Assembly: GCA_965153455.1 (NCBI GenBank)
Contig: OZ234493.1
Span: 2,852,001 to 2,916,000 of the forward strand
Direction of reading: 5' to 3'
DNA length: 64,000 bases
DNA from: Sphagnum compactum
Taxonomy: Eukaryota
Of the stretch, positions 12,050 to 24,400 are shown piece after piece. The position numbers and the translations under genes were made by a program. The notes below the pieces were generated by a model. It did no database searches. It worked only from the letters and a program-made list of their open reading frames with translations, and was not told the origin of the DNA. Position 1 is the first letter of the stretch, and every line of letters starts with the position of its first letter.

Positions 12050-15000
12050 GTTCAGTAGACGCAATCCAGTTTGATTTGCAGCACCAATATGTGGTAAGAC
12101 TCATTAAATGAAATGTGCGGAATGATGCTGAGGGATCAGCTTTCTGATACATTGAATCCAACAGTCAGCCATTCAATAGAGAAGTTTCCAGGCAGCAGTT
12201 CAAAGAAGACAGTAGAGCACAACTTCTACAATCACAACCCAACAAAAGGGAGGCTTGCAATATACACTTCCTTTGTGGAGGCCTTTTGGCCACTAACCTG
12301 GCGTGCTTGGTGCAGGAAATCCTCCGTAAGGGCTCCCTTATGCCTGTCCCACAGCCCGCCCAGGATTGGTGATGTTGTTGAAAATCAGCAGGCTGGTAAA
12401 AAGCTGCCGCAAGCTTCTGGGCAGTTGCACGCCAACAGCTTCTGAAAGACACTAGTCCCATTCAGCATCATCTTGCAGCAAGCCACGTGCAAGGCAGGCA
12501 GCTTTAAAAGTGGGGTGCACAACTGTGGTAGGCGTGTGGGGCTGGTGGGTAGTTCTGAGGTCTTCAAAGCATGTGGCCCCTGCAACGTGGGTAAGCAAAA
12601 CTCGCAGATAATAACGCTTGCCCTCTAAGGGTTGCACAAAGTACATGCGCCCCACAGTTCCCAATGTGACATGATTGTTTCGGCCTGCACCCCGCCGCGC
12701 CGTTGCCCTTTTCTGGAGGTGCCACGCCTTTTTGGATTTGCTCCACACAGCGATTTCGGGATAATCAGGGTACAGTGTGGTCAGCGCAGCAGGCAGTGGC
12801 GGTGCAGGGTCATTGCTATTGCGAGCCAAAGTAGCTGCAGCCGCGTATTCAGATTTGGCCTTTTGGTTGAAGTCACACCACCCAGTCAAAGTGGTGGAGT
12901 TGTTGCGCATCATGGCTTCCCCAACCGTGGTCCCCTCAGGAGAGTAAGTGGTCTGCTCATTAGGAAGATGAACAGCTAAGCGGTAAACATTAGGGTGCAT
13001 GCCGTGCAAGTCAAAGGCAAAAAGCCGATGGCAAGCTTCGCTGGCACTGACATTTCGCCTATCGAGGTAATTTTGGACTTCATCCCGGGCAGCAGGCACA
13101 TTGTTCCCATCGGCCCCACCTATAGTCGCCTGAGGCGCTGCAGCCGGCAGAGCCCCAGCTTCCGGCTGCACCACTGCCAAAGCACGGTCGTGACCTTTGT
13201 AAACATATTTGTAAAGGTATTTCACAACCGTGATGGAGCTGCAGACCTCAACATTGATGTGGCACTGGTACCGCATGGTCAGGTAGGGGTTGTACGGGAC
13301 GACCCAACGGTTGTCAAAGACAAAGCCCGAGCTGCAAGGGGGAGGGGGCAGCAGCAAGAAGTTGTCAGTCACCTTGGCGTCCCTTTTTCGCAGGTTTGGC
13401 TTCGCCCTTCTTTCACATCATCATGCTTGAGGTGAAGTTTGGGACGCCTAAGAATCTGGAAGAAATGAGTTTCCAGTGCAGACTCAGACATAGACACTTA
13501 TGGTCAGGTGCACAGGACAGCAACTCACTTGCCAAATTTCCAACAGCTGCACTTACGTGGGGTGGGTGAAGGTCCTGCCGTCGTCCCGTCGCCGGTAGGT
13601 TGGGTAGCTGCCGGTGGAGTCCTCACTTTGGGGCTGGAAAGTCTTGGGATAACCCTTGCTGCAAGCCCCATTCACCATGCAAGGACATGAGGGTTGTAAG
13701 GCCCCACAGGGCCCATGCAACATGCGAGATGTCACAATGTTGTAAAGCTCGGGGTGGGTGGATTTGTCTGGAAGCTCGGCACACACAATCCGGTCATAAT
13801 CGTTGCTGTCACGCGGCTTGTCCTGGCTGCGTAGAATGATCAAAATGTGACCGTGCGTCAAGCCCCGCTTCTACCATTCTACCACATGGATGTCCGCCAC
13901 CGCAGTGCCCAAAACACCATTCTACAAAAGGTGTTTATGAGGGCATCAAGCTTCATGTTGAACACCCTGGATGTTAAGTCAGGGCGGTCGTTGGCTTCCT
14001 CCCCAAGCCTCAGGTCATGCAGAATCTCTGGCCAATTTGGGTTGCACGTCATGGTTATGAATAGGTCAGGCTTCCCAAACTTTCTAATGAAGGCCATGGA
14101 ATCCTGGTAGAGCTGGTTCATGTGGCGGGGGCTACCAGCAAAAGTGGCTGGAAGGACCACCATGTGCCCAAAGTTGGTGTTGTTAGCCCCGTCTTGCTGC
14201 ATGACATCTACCATTCCTTTATATTGGTCAGCACGCAGGGTGGTCTGGTTGAGGCGCACCCACCGCAGCCGTAGCCCCTCAACCTTGGAGTACTGGTCAA
14301 CCACCCACTGTTGATATAGCCTTTTGCCATAAGTGAACGTGCTGTTGGTGGGAGGGTTGCGGTCATGCATGAAGTAAGCCGTGTATTCCTTGGCAGTAAC
14401 CTTGCGAGCGATGCGCCCTGCGGTAGCTCCTCTACCTCGGCCCCTACCCCTACCACGGCCCCTGCCCCTACCCCTACCTCCACCACGCCCGAGGTCCACT
14501 GCCGACTCCGCATTAGGCTGCTGCTCATCTTCAGATGGCTGCTGTTGCTCGTCCTCAGAGCTTAGCCCATCCACAACCGCAGGGGTAGCGCCAATAATAT
14601 TTGGGTGCCAGTCGGGCTCTCCGTGTGGGTGGAACAGGACAAAATGCAGAGGGTCATAAGCACAGTGGGCATCACTAATCCTCCATAACCCCCCGCCCCT
14701 AGCTCGCACCCTGATGTCTTGTGGATTGCTACCTTCAGGGTCAATGAACAGCGCCCTTTATGGCAATCATACTGACCCCATCTGCGGTTGATTAGATGTT
14801 AATGCCAAAGGAGGCCATCTGCAAGGAGGAATTGTATTTTCAGATGTGCTTGCGAAAAGATACGATGGCAGGGGGGAGGCGTGCACCAGGGGCAGGCTCA
14901 GAAGTGAACAGGTCTCGCAATGGTTGAGGAGGAGGAATGGGGAAGAGGGCTTCACAGCTGCAAGATCTGCCTTTAGCACAGCAAAGGTCTGCGTGTCCCC

Positions 15001-15065
15001 GGGAAACCTTATCAGGCCAAATCATAGCTCGGCACTGTTAGCACTCAACTGTCCTACCCCCTTAT
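12050..15065 (-). mobile_element. Truncated, pseudogenised Helitron Rep (HUH/Y2 replication initiator) with a spliceosomal intron. The Pif1 helicase domain is absent
   Basis: Motifs seen: N-terminal CxxC..CC, AYDPLHFVLFHPHGE, LYQQWVVDQY, LPATFAGSPRHM, DLFITMTCNPNWPEI, RPDLTSRVF, EW*KRGLTHGHILI (HUH), MLHGPCG, CSKGYPK, YPTYRRRDDG, DNRWVVPYNPYL, HINVEVC, KYLYKYVYKG, YYLRVLL, FKAACLARGLL. Several stops and frameshifts. Confidence 0.93.
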
Positions 15066-18000
15066 GCTAATTTCAGTTAAGTTAACTTATGTGACATTTA
15101 TGTTAAGTCATTTAAAAAATTTCCCTAATATTTTGAATACACCAAATGGAGTTTTTTAATTTAAATTTATGTTCAATATTTTATTATATGTATAAGATAA
15201 TTTTCAAATCAATTTAATTTATAATTTATACATTATTAAAATAATTTCAACATTTTTTTTGTAATGTAAAAATATTCACACATAATTATATTTGAAAATT
15301 TTAATACTTACTTATTTGGGAACATATTTCATAAAAACTTCAATCTATTGACATAATTCTTTTTAAGATTTAAAAATTTTATAATTTTTATTTTTTTACA
15401 AAACAAAAAAAATTTATTGATTCAAATTAATAGATTAATGGCTTGTTCCTTTGTGTTATGTTTATGAACAATAATAAATGTAAACAGTAATGTGATAACA
15501 TATACCATTCTCAACACATAAGTTTTTTCATTTAATTATTAATAATTTATCAAACTTATGATAGATCATCATCATCATCATGACAATGTGATGATCATAA
15601 CATGTTGAAATCAATTTTCAGTTGCATCTTTGGCCATAATCCAAATCATTATCATCCAACCAACACTTCGTGTGATGATAAAAATTATTATCACATAATA
15701 TATAAACACACATTCAAAAATATCATGCATTAGAACCTTATTACATATGTAAATATCAATATTGAATTGAATTCATTGAAAAGACTCTAAGAAAATAATA
15801 TTTATTGAAATTATATAATTAAAATTCACATGTCTTTGAGTTTTAGTTTTTTTTTTTCCATTTTTAATTTTTAATTTAAAGAGATTACATTAGATCAAAT
15901 TTCACATGTATGTTAACTATATTTTTTGCTTGTAAATTTAAATTTAAATTTAAAATTTTAATTTGGTATTCTATTTTTACTTTTAAGTGAATCATTATAA
16001 AATAAATAAAAACATAAAATTTATAATTTATTTTCATTTTTATAAATATCATTTAAAAAAAATTATAAACATTAAAATCATAATCAATCATATTAATTTC
16101 AATTACATAATTCAAATTAAAAATTCCTTTTGGGTGCCACATATGAATACATAGTTAAAATAGACATATTTAATTTTTATTTTAATCAGATTAAACAAAA
16201 ACTTACATTTTAAATAAATGAGCTTAATTTTAAAATCATTTTATTCATAATGCCACTATTTTAAAAATCATATTTTTGTGATAATGATTTATATCTTTTT
16301 ACTATTCTTCTAGAATAATTTAAATTGATGAACCATTTATTTTTACTAGACATTTTAAAGGTTGTTGAAATCACAAAAAAATTCAAACAAAGTTTTTGAA
16401 TTTTTTTTAACTTGAAAAAAAATTATACTATTATTTTTTTAATCATTAAATATTAAACATTAAATTGTTAAACATATTACATTCCTAAAATATCATTTCA
16501 TTAATGTAATATTTATTCATTATTTTTATATTATATGATAAATCACCTCCAAAAAAATAACTATTATTATGCCACTTGAATATGAAATGTAAAAAACATT
16601 TGAAGAAACATTTGTGAATTATTAAATTATTCAAAAATGCCCCAAATAAAAGATGAAACTACTCATTAGGAATCCAATGAAGGGTGAAATGTTAGATGAT
16701 CATTAAATTTGTAAATTAATTTATATTGGGTGTCATAAATAAAAACACATTTTTGGCTAAAAGGTAATTGTGATGCATGAAATAAATATTGAAGTAAGCA
16801 ACCCTCCTCTATATGTTACACAACTTGCATAATCACATTAATGCCAATCACAACAATTTCATGCTAAGTTTTAGTGTTTAATATTTTAAAAAAAAACATT
16901 TATGGATAAAAAAATAAAGGTGACAAATTCAAACTAGACTAAATATAATTTTATAAATGATACTATTATTTACATTTTTTAATTAATAAGAATCAAATTA
17001 AAACCAAGTTTAGTTTTTGAAACCACAAAACTTAGTTTCAAAATAATTAAACCCAAAACTACACCTTTAGTATGTGTGGAATCTATACAAAGATTTTGAA
17101 AATTAATGATTAAAACTAATGTTTAACCAAAGGTTCACCCATAATTAATCACCATTTTGATCAAGGTTATTAATATATTGCATTAGAATCAAAATTACAA
17201 TAATTTTAATATATTCTTCAAAATCAAAACTAAAGGGTTTTTATAAAAATAAAGAATCATCAAATGGTAGTGTAGAGACTGAATGAAAAAGTGACCTTAA
17301 AACAACACATGGCAAAAGTCAACAACTTGGATTGTTGGATGCAATCAAAGATGACGCGGCATTGGGAATATGGGCATCAAATGTTAATTGACAATGTTGT
17401 AAGGAATCATCACTAGTGTTGGGTGGTTCTCCCCATTTTGTGAGAATTGCTAGTTCCTATTCATATTACAAAATGTGAATTAACACAAAAAATTAAACGT
17501 TTTTTCCTTTTCATTGAAGACAAATCATGAGTTTCATACAACCAAAAAAGCCAACGGTGATGGAATTAAATATCACAAGATTAGAAACATGCATGCAATT
17601 TGCAAATCAAAGATCCATAATGAAATCAATATTTAAAATTTTGAGAAAGAAGACATTAACTAAATCACTTCCCTAGAGGTATTGTCAAACTTTAACCTTT
17701 TGGTCTTTTTTATAAAAATCACACAATAATTTGTGTAATCTTTATTCACTAAAAGCAACAACAATTGTGAAGCACATTGTTATTTGCCACCATTAACACC
17801 AACCTTTAATTTTGTATCACACAAGTGTTAATGACAACAAATTATCACAACTATCAATAGGGAGTTAAAGGTTATGTATCCTTTCACCATGTTAATTTCC
17901 TTTTAACATGTTTATAATCCAATGCCATTACGTTTCTCTACAAATGATGTTAAATGAAATTGTTGAAACATAATGGCCTTGAAGTTCCATTTACAAATGT

Positions 18001-21000
18001 GTGTTGAATACCTTGATCATTGTATGGTCAAAACCCAATAGGGGTTTAACTCCTTACGGGGTGATTGATCCATAATCAACAAACTCAACTAATAAATTTC
18101 TTTAGTTCAATGAAACCTATTGGTCAGTGTAGTAAACCATGCTCATGCCCAACTACAACTTCCACCCACCAATGCAATTCACCTTCTAGTGTAACAACAA
18201 ATCAAATTTAAAATAATATAAATGAATAATTTTCAAAATTTTAATACAAAATGAAACACATATACATCCAAACCACAATTGCTTTAGAATAGATACATTA
18301 TTAAATGCACATTTATAAGTGCATTCACACATGCTCACCCCCTTCACATCAACTAACAATGTTGTATACACATAAGTTCCAAAGTTGACATTCATAAGTG
18401 CCATAATGTATGCTAACCACACTTGTTTATGACAACTCTTCATTGATTCATAACTTTTGGCCTAGTTCACCATGTTGACCATGTGTAGTGTAATTCACAT
18501 TCATTGCATTGTGAATAGCATCAAAAACTAGTTGTGGTCAACTACTTCATGTTTTCTTGAACTTGTTAATAGTTGTTACTCCTTATTCAACTAATCACAT
18601 TTCAGCAATCAACATCTAGGACATGCAATCAAAGGAGGTATTGTCAAGTCAAAGTTTCATATAGACCACAAACCAATCATACATTTCCAATTAAGATCAT
18701 TGTCATCCATTCACCTCAACAAAAGAACAATTACTCTCTTGGCATCTTTATAGTTCAATTGGTATTGACTAGTGTTAGGCAATTGTTTAAATTTTCAAAA
18801 CACAACCGCAATCAATTTTGTTAATCCTCGCATATGAAAGAATTGTGGTGGTTCTATAAATTTTGAAATTCCATTCAAGCCAACCCCTTGTAGAACAAAT
18901 TTCCTTTTCACTTCTAACAATCAATCACATGTTGATAGTTCTTTAAGTTACTAAAGGACAACCAAAGAAAGATGACCAACGCGCAACACGCTTGTGTACT
19001 TTTGTTATCAAAATTGTCTATTTTCCAAACTTTAGAAAGTTTCCAACATGGATAAAACATGAAAGAAATGGGTGTGCTTCAGAATTGCCTACCAAATTCT
19101 TAACAATTCTTAGCAATTCTGAACTTTAGTTTTGGGGAGGTGGATGGAGTAGATATTCACCATATAAGATGACAAATTTATCTCATCAATCCAACATGTT
19201 AAGTTATAGATTCAACATACATTTTTTACGATTTCACATAGTGGCCAGCTATCAGGGTTAGAACCGATGGGGTCTATTGCAGTTCCTGATAACCGCCCAA
19301 AATTGGTGTTGACCACACCAATCTATTGAAGGACTTCCCTACTTGAGAACCATTGAGAACTTTACCAATTTACTGAACACAATAAGAGATACCACATTTC
19401 TCAGGACAGCTAAAGCACTAAAAGTATTCATTTTCTGAAGATATGGAGATGAGTACAAAGATACTCACCTTGTACCATGACAAATTATCTCATCACTCCA
19501 ACATGTGAACTTATAAACCCAACATACAGTATCAATGATTTTACAGACTAGTGATTGCAATGCATCAGAACCAATGGCAGATGGTTGACTCCACAAAAAG
19601 ATCACAGCATTTGTCCACTCAAACACAAGATCATGTTGCAGTGGTACCAATTATAACCAATATTCTCAAAGAAGAACCCAGAGTGTCTTAGCTGCCTCTT
19701 TTGGTGCCATCAGAAACCCTATCTGACAGCCCCTTGCAAGATACAACTCCTCACACTGGTGCCCAACACTATTACCTGAACATATCCTTTAAGTATACCA
19801 CTAATAACCACTTGGATGAATCACATCTGCTCTAGCCATTAGTACAATGAATATCAATGAGATTGCTGAAAAAACTCAGCAAAAAACCACCTTGAAGGAA
19901 CTGTTGTGTCAGTTCTAGCCACACCCAAAACAACCACAAAAGAAACTGAGTGCGGTCATAACCTTAACTAAAGAAACTACACATAGTACCAACTGGTAAT
20001 ACCAATTGACAGCCATAGACATACTGACCAAAAACGAGGAAGAAGTTATCTATCAGCAAAAGTTGAATTGAAGATATTGGAGATGAGAAGTTGAATCGAA
20101 TCTTAGACCACTTTGAAACTCTTTAGGGCTTGGGTTTAAAGAGTCAGAGGAGCCCATGGGAGAGTGATAGGTCAGCTCTAATTACATGACCACAGAGAGG
20201 GTCATAAATCTTTTGAAACAAGCACTTTCACTACTTCAGATTTGTTTGGACTTCAGAGAGGCATACAGCCTTTCCAATATCACAATAACTGGAGAAATCT
20301 TGACCTATATTTCATGATATACATCCAAGCAACCAATGGAAGAGACCAAAATCTTCCAAAATTGAAGGAAGACACTCCATGACTCCCTGGATGTTCAGAG
20401 TCAGGAAGAGACATTGACAATAGTGGAAAATAAAGAATGAAATTCTGAGGTCTCTACTGCTGAAAATCTGATATTTAGAAGGAATTGGGTAGAGATACTT
20501 TGCTTTATGTGATGACACAAAGATTAAGCTGCAAATCCTGGCCAAGATGAATGGCCCAAGTTCAGAGGAGGAAGTTCATTTAAGTGAGCAGCATACAAAC
20601 CAAATATTTCTGGTTAAATATTTGCAAAGAATCTCCAAAAACCCTAAACCCTTCATGAGACATAAGAGTACAGAGAGAAAACTGGTCTTCTTTTGTAATC
20701 TCTGTGGCAAAAAAGTTCAATAGACATATGCAGGAATCCAGCAATGAATCATCACAAGAACAGACAGAGAGGAGCAATAGGAAGATGGAATTGAAGTTTG
20801 GGTTTGCAAATCTTATTATATTACATGAAGACAAGAGTATGTTAATCAAAGAACTGAAGGCATACATACCTTTACAAGATACAGAAGCATAATAGTCTTC
20901 AGCACATCCAAAGACAAAAACTTCTCTTTTACACAAGTTGAAGTGACTGTCTCCACCACCCTCCCTTCCTGGCAAATGTGTTCCAATGTCCTCCAATGTA

Positions 21001-21609
21001 AGCTTTGAAAAACAAAAGAGCAAATCTTATGTGTTGCAAAGGCCAAAGATTTTACAGTCTTTACTTATTTTTATAAGCTGAGATACCTAACCCTGTTGCA
21101 ATCCTCTACAAAGCAACCCACAAGACCCCAACATCTCAATGCTTACCCTGGGGCCTGAAGCCAGCCAGCAACCCATCCCCTCTGTGACTGTTGTAACTGG
21201 GACTGATCCCCTCACTCAATCCCATCTCTACCTAGTCAGAAAGAATGTGTGTCTTTTCAAAAATGTCTTGAAAACAAACTGAGCAAACATAAATTCAATA
21301 GAAGAGATATGATGAGAATAGTTCATACAAAGAAAGAATCATTCTTCATAACTGTAAGAAGGGTACCTAATAAGGGTCTCTTTCCACAAATTAGGCCTGC
21401 TGTGATCATGGGTCAATGCTTGATCGGTAGAGCTGTGAGATGACTGTGAGCACAACTACTTGAAAAATAAAACGGAAAGCTGCTGTGATCACATGCAGCC
21501 TCATGGAAAGATGTGCTAACGATGCAACAAGAAGAAACCCCATCTATAACAAACCCTAAATTGCAATTCTGAGGAACTTCTCCAATTCCTCTAGGAAAGT
21601 GGAGGAGCG

Positions 21610-23317
21610 ATGGCGGGGTTGTCGTCTCTGGAGGAGCTCTGGTGGATGCTGGGAGCTCTTTTCTTCTTCCATACATCCGAGTATGTGCTTGCGCTGCTGT
21701 TCCACGGTCGCGGCGTCTCTCTAGGCTGTGAGTATTGCCTGCCACCCATCATCATGATCATCATCTCCTGTTGCTCCACTTTTGGATTCATTTTTGTCAC
21801 GAAGATCTGTCTGTGTTGCCTGAGAACCTCAAGTTTCTGAGACTCATCTGTAACAGCTGCCAAAAAATTCCCTTGAAAGCAGCACCAGAGCATTTTTCAT
21901 GTATGTATGTCTTCATGTCTGTCTTATATGTTTTCTTCAGGATTTGCAAACCCTATGTATGTGTGTTTTGCTTTGAACATACATCACTACTGATGTTCAA
22001 GCAATGCAAAACACCACACAGACAGAGCTTCTTCTTTCCATCATGCAAGCAAGAATCTGAAAGTGGAAAAAGGAAATCTGGGAGACAATGCATAGTCTAG
22101 TGTCCATTGTGACAAGCAGGAAGAAACTGTAAGAGGATCACACAATTTCTGTTACTGTTGTTGTTGCTCTTGGAGAACTGGATGGTGATTATGTAGAGTC
22201 TTCTTTTTTCACAGCTTTTCACAAAACTGGCCTCTGCTGTTGTGGGTTCTTATTTCTTTTTTGGGGGTTTTGGGGTTTTGCAGCATTCTTGATAAGTGGG
22301 CCATATTTGGTAGCACTCGGGTGTTCCTTTGTGGAGCATGGAGTAGAGAGCCGATATGCACCCTGGATGAAAACTCTCAGCCCTGTCAGTTACATGGGCT
22401 TGGCAATGGTAGTGGTGGGGGAGTTCATGCGAAAGTGTGCTGTTGTGACTGCTAACCACAGTTTCACACATGATATTAAGACATTTCACCGGCCAGAGCA
22501 CCGGCTTGTCACTCATGGGATATACAGGTGAAGAAACAAACAAACCCTCCTCTTGTTTTGTTAAACAACAAACTCTCTTGGATAGTTTCCTCAGAGCTTG
22601 AAAGGGGGGTTGTTGCACTCCAGTTGAACACTAGTTTGAGCTGCTTTTCTTCACCTTGCATGCCACAGAAACAGGATTTAGAATTGTGCTATAGGCCACC
22701 ATGTCAATTGTTTTTTGTTTTCCTCTTGAGATATCCCAGGAAGCATAAGCTGAATATACTTGTTCCAGGTTTGAGTGGAACTTGGCAGTCATCTTTCAAT
22801 CTCTGATTTTGCCTCGCGCATGCAATTTTCTCATGATTTGTCCAGGATTTTTTGGGGGATGGCAGATTCTTTCGGCACCCAGGATATTTGGGCTTCTTGA
22901 TTTGGTCAGTGGGCAGCCAAGTGTTGCTCTGTAATCCAGTATGCACAGTCGGCTATGCCATTGTCATGTGGCGCTTCTTCAGAGACCGCATCCCGTATCC
23001 TTCCCAATTTGCACATCCTGTTTACTTTTGCACTGTGTAGCACATATTCATGCTTCAAATGAGCACTGAGTGGCATGAATACTCACTCAAGCACAAATGT
23101 GGAAATTCTGTGGGTTTAGGGTTTAGGGTAACCCCTAAACTGTAAACCCATTCCCTTCTGATGTGGAAATTCTTTGTGCAGGACTCATAAATGGAATTTT
23201 TTTTCCTTGATTATTATTTGGACCAGATATGAGGAATTCTTTCTTGTACAATTCTTTGGGGAGGAATATCAGCAGTATGCTGAGAGAGTGCCCTCTGGGA
23301 TCCCTTTCATACAGTGA
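21610..23317 (+). CDS. ICMT: Protein-S-isoprenylcysteine O-methyltransferase (STE14/ICMT), about 193 aa. Exons 21610-21727, 22284-22527, 22866-22994, 23227-23317
   Basis: Spliced ORF of 582 nt: FFHTSEY...GEFMRKCAVVTANHSFTHDIK...HRLVTHGIYR|FFRHPGYLGFLIWSVGSQVLLCNP...RFFRDRIP|YEEFFLVQFFGEEYQQYAERVPSGIPFIQ*. Confidence 0.95.
22995..23226 (+). other. U12-type (minor spliceosome) GT-AG intron, ICMT intron 3
   Basis: 5' splice site GTATCCTT. Branch site TTCCTTGAT at 23203-23211, with the branch A 16 nt before the intron end. Removal restores the frame (CC|A = Pro). Confidence 0.85.
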
Positions 23318-24059
23318 GCATGCATCTTCTGTGAAAAATAGCACATGCCTCTTCCTTTGAGTTAGTTCGTCACCTTTGCCAGGATTTGTATGTTACAGAA
23401 AAAGTTGGTGTCTGGTCCAATTCTTCTTCCTTAGTGGTTTAAGAGTAGTCCCTGCAATCAGATCCACTGGGGACAACTTCAACCAAGATGTTTGATCTTT
23501 TATAGGGATACATGTAAAGAAATTCAAGCCCCTTCTTGGGTTAACATGAATGACTAATACTGAAATTTGAGCAGCATATTCTCACACCAAGTATAAGGCT
23601 AACTGTTGACTCTTGCTGGTATAGTGTTTCTCATGATTCTTGTGTGCAACAAGAATACATTGGACTGTTTTTTGCAGTAATCAAACCAAAGCAACAAGCT
23701 GTTTATGAACAAACCCCACTGCCCCAACACAAGATTCGAAGACTCCACAATGTCCTTGTACTGGAAGAGTAATTCCACAATATCTCCAGCCAAACAAACA
23801 GTCCTGTGGCGGACCATTTGCTTCTGCAGCAATTTGTGACTTGTAATCTTTTTCTCTTGTTACCCTTCATTTTTAAGTCCATATATTTCACAGGTTTCCC
23901 CAATATGCTTCAAATTTGCATTCTAAAACATCCCAATTGATAAGTTTCCAAATTCAACATCTTTGTGAGATTCAACACAGAGACTTAAACGAAGATGAAA
24001 CTCATATGGTTGTTAATCAAGTATTATGGCCTGTTTAACAAACTCCAAAAAACTTGTAG

Positions 24060-24400
24060 TTGAAACAAAAAATGCTACTATCCATTGCCTTTGGGAGTGC
24101 CCTTGAGCTCAAAGAACATAACAATGGACCATTGACATCATTAATAGGCTCCATGCAAGGCTTAGGAAGAAAGGTTCATAGAAGATGTTATTTGTTGAGC
24201 AATGTTTGTTCAATGATAACAATACGGAGAGTTCAAAAAGACTTAACCCTTTTTGGCATTTGCTTAGCTTCATCGTCCTTTGGGTGATTTGGATTGAAAA
24301 TGATCACATTTTGAATAGGCATAGTTGGTCATTGTATTATTTTGAGTTCATTGTGTGGAACTTACTTATGGAGTATGCCAAAATCATTTAAAAACATGCG
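24060..24400 (+). mobile_element. Decayed LINE (L1-like) ORF2 C-terminal fragment
   Basis: A HCLW.CP-like zf-RVT remnant is followed by LNPFWHLLSFIVLWVIWIE.ND...W...IVWNLLMEYAK, the WxIWxxRN signature of plant L1 tails. Confidence 0.65.

Noticed and set aside
12113..15070. Plus-strand ORFs over the Helitron
   Set aside because: Antisense shadows of a GC-rich coding sequence.
17414..19306. Possible hAT-type TIR pair (tagtgttgggtggtt ... aaccgcccaaaattg)
   Set aside because: No matching 8-bp target-site duplication and no recognisable transposase inside, so the two ends may be unrelated copies.
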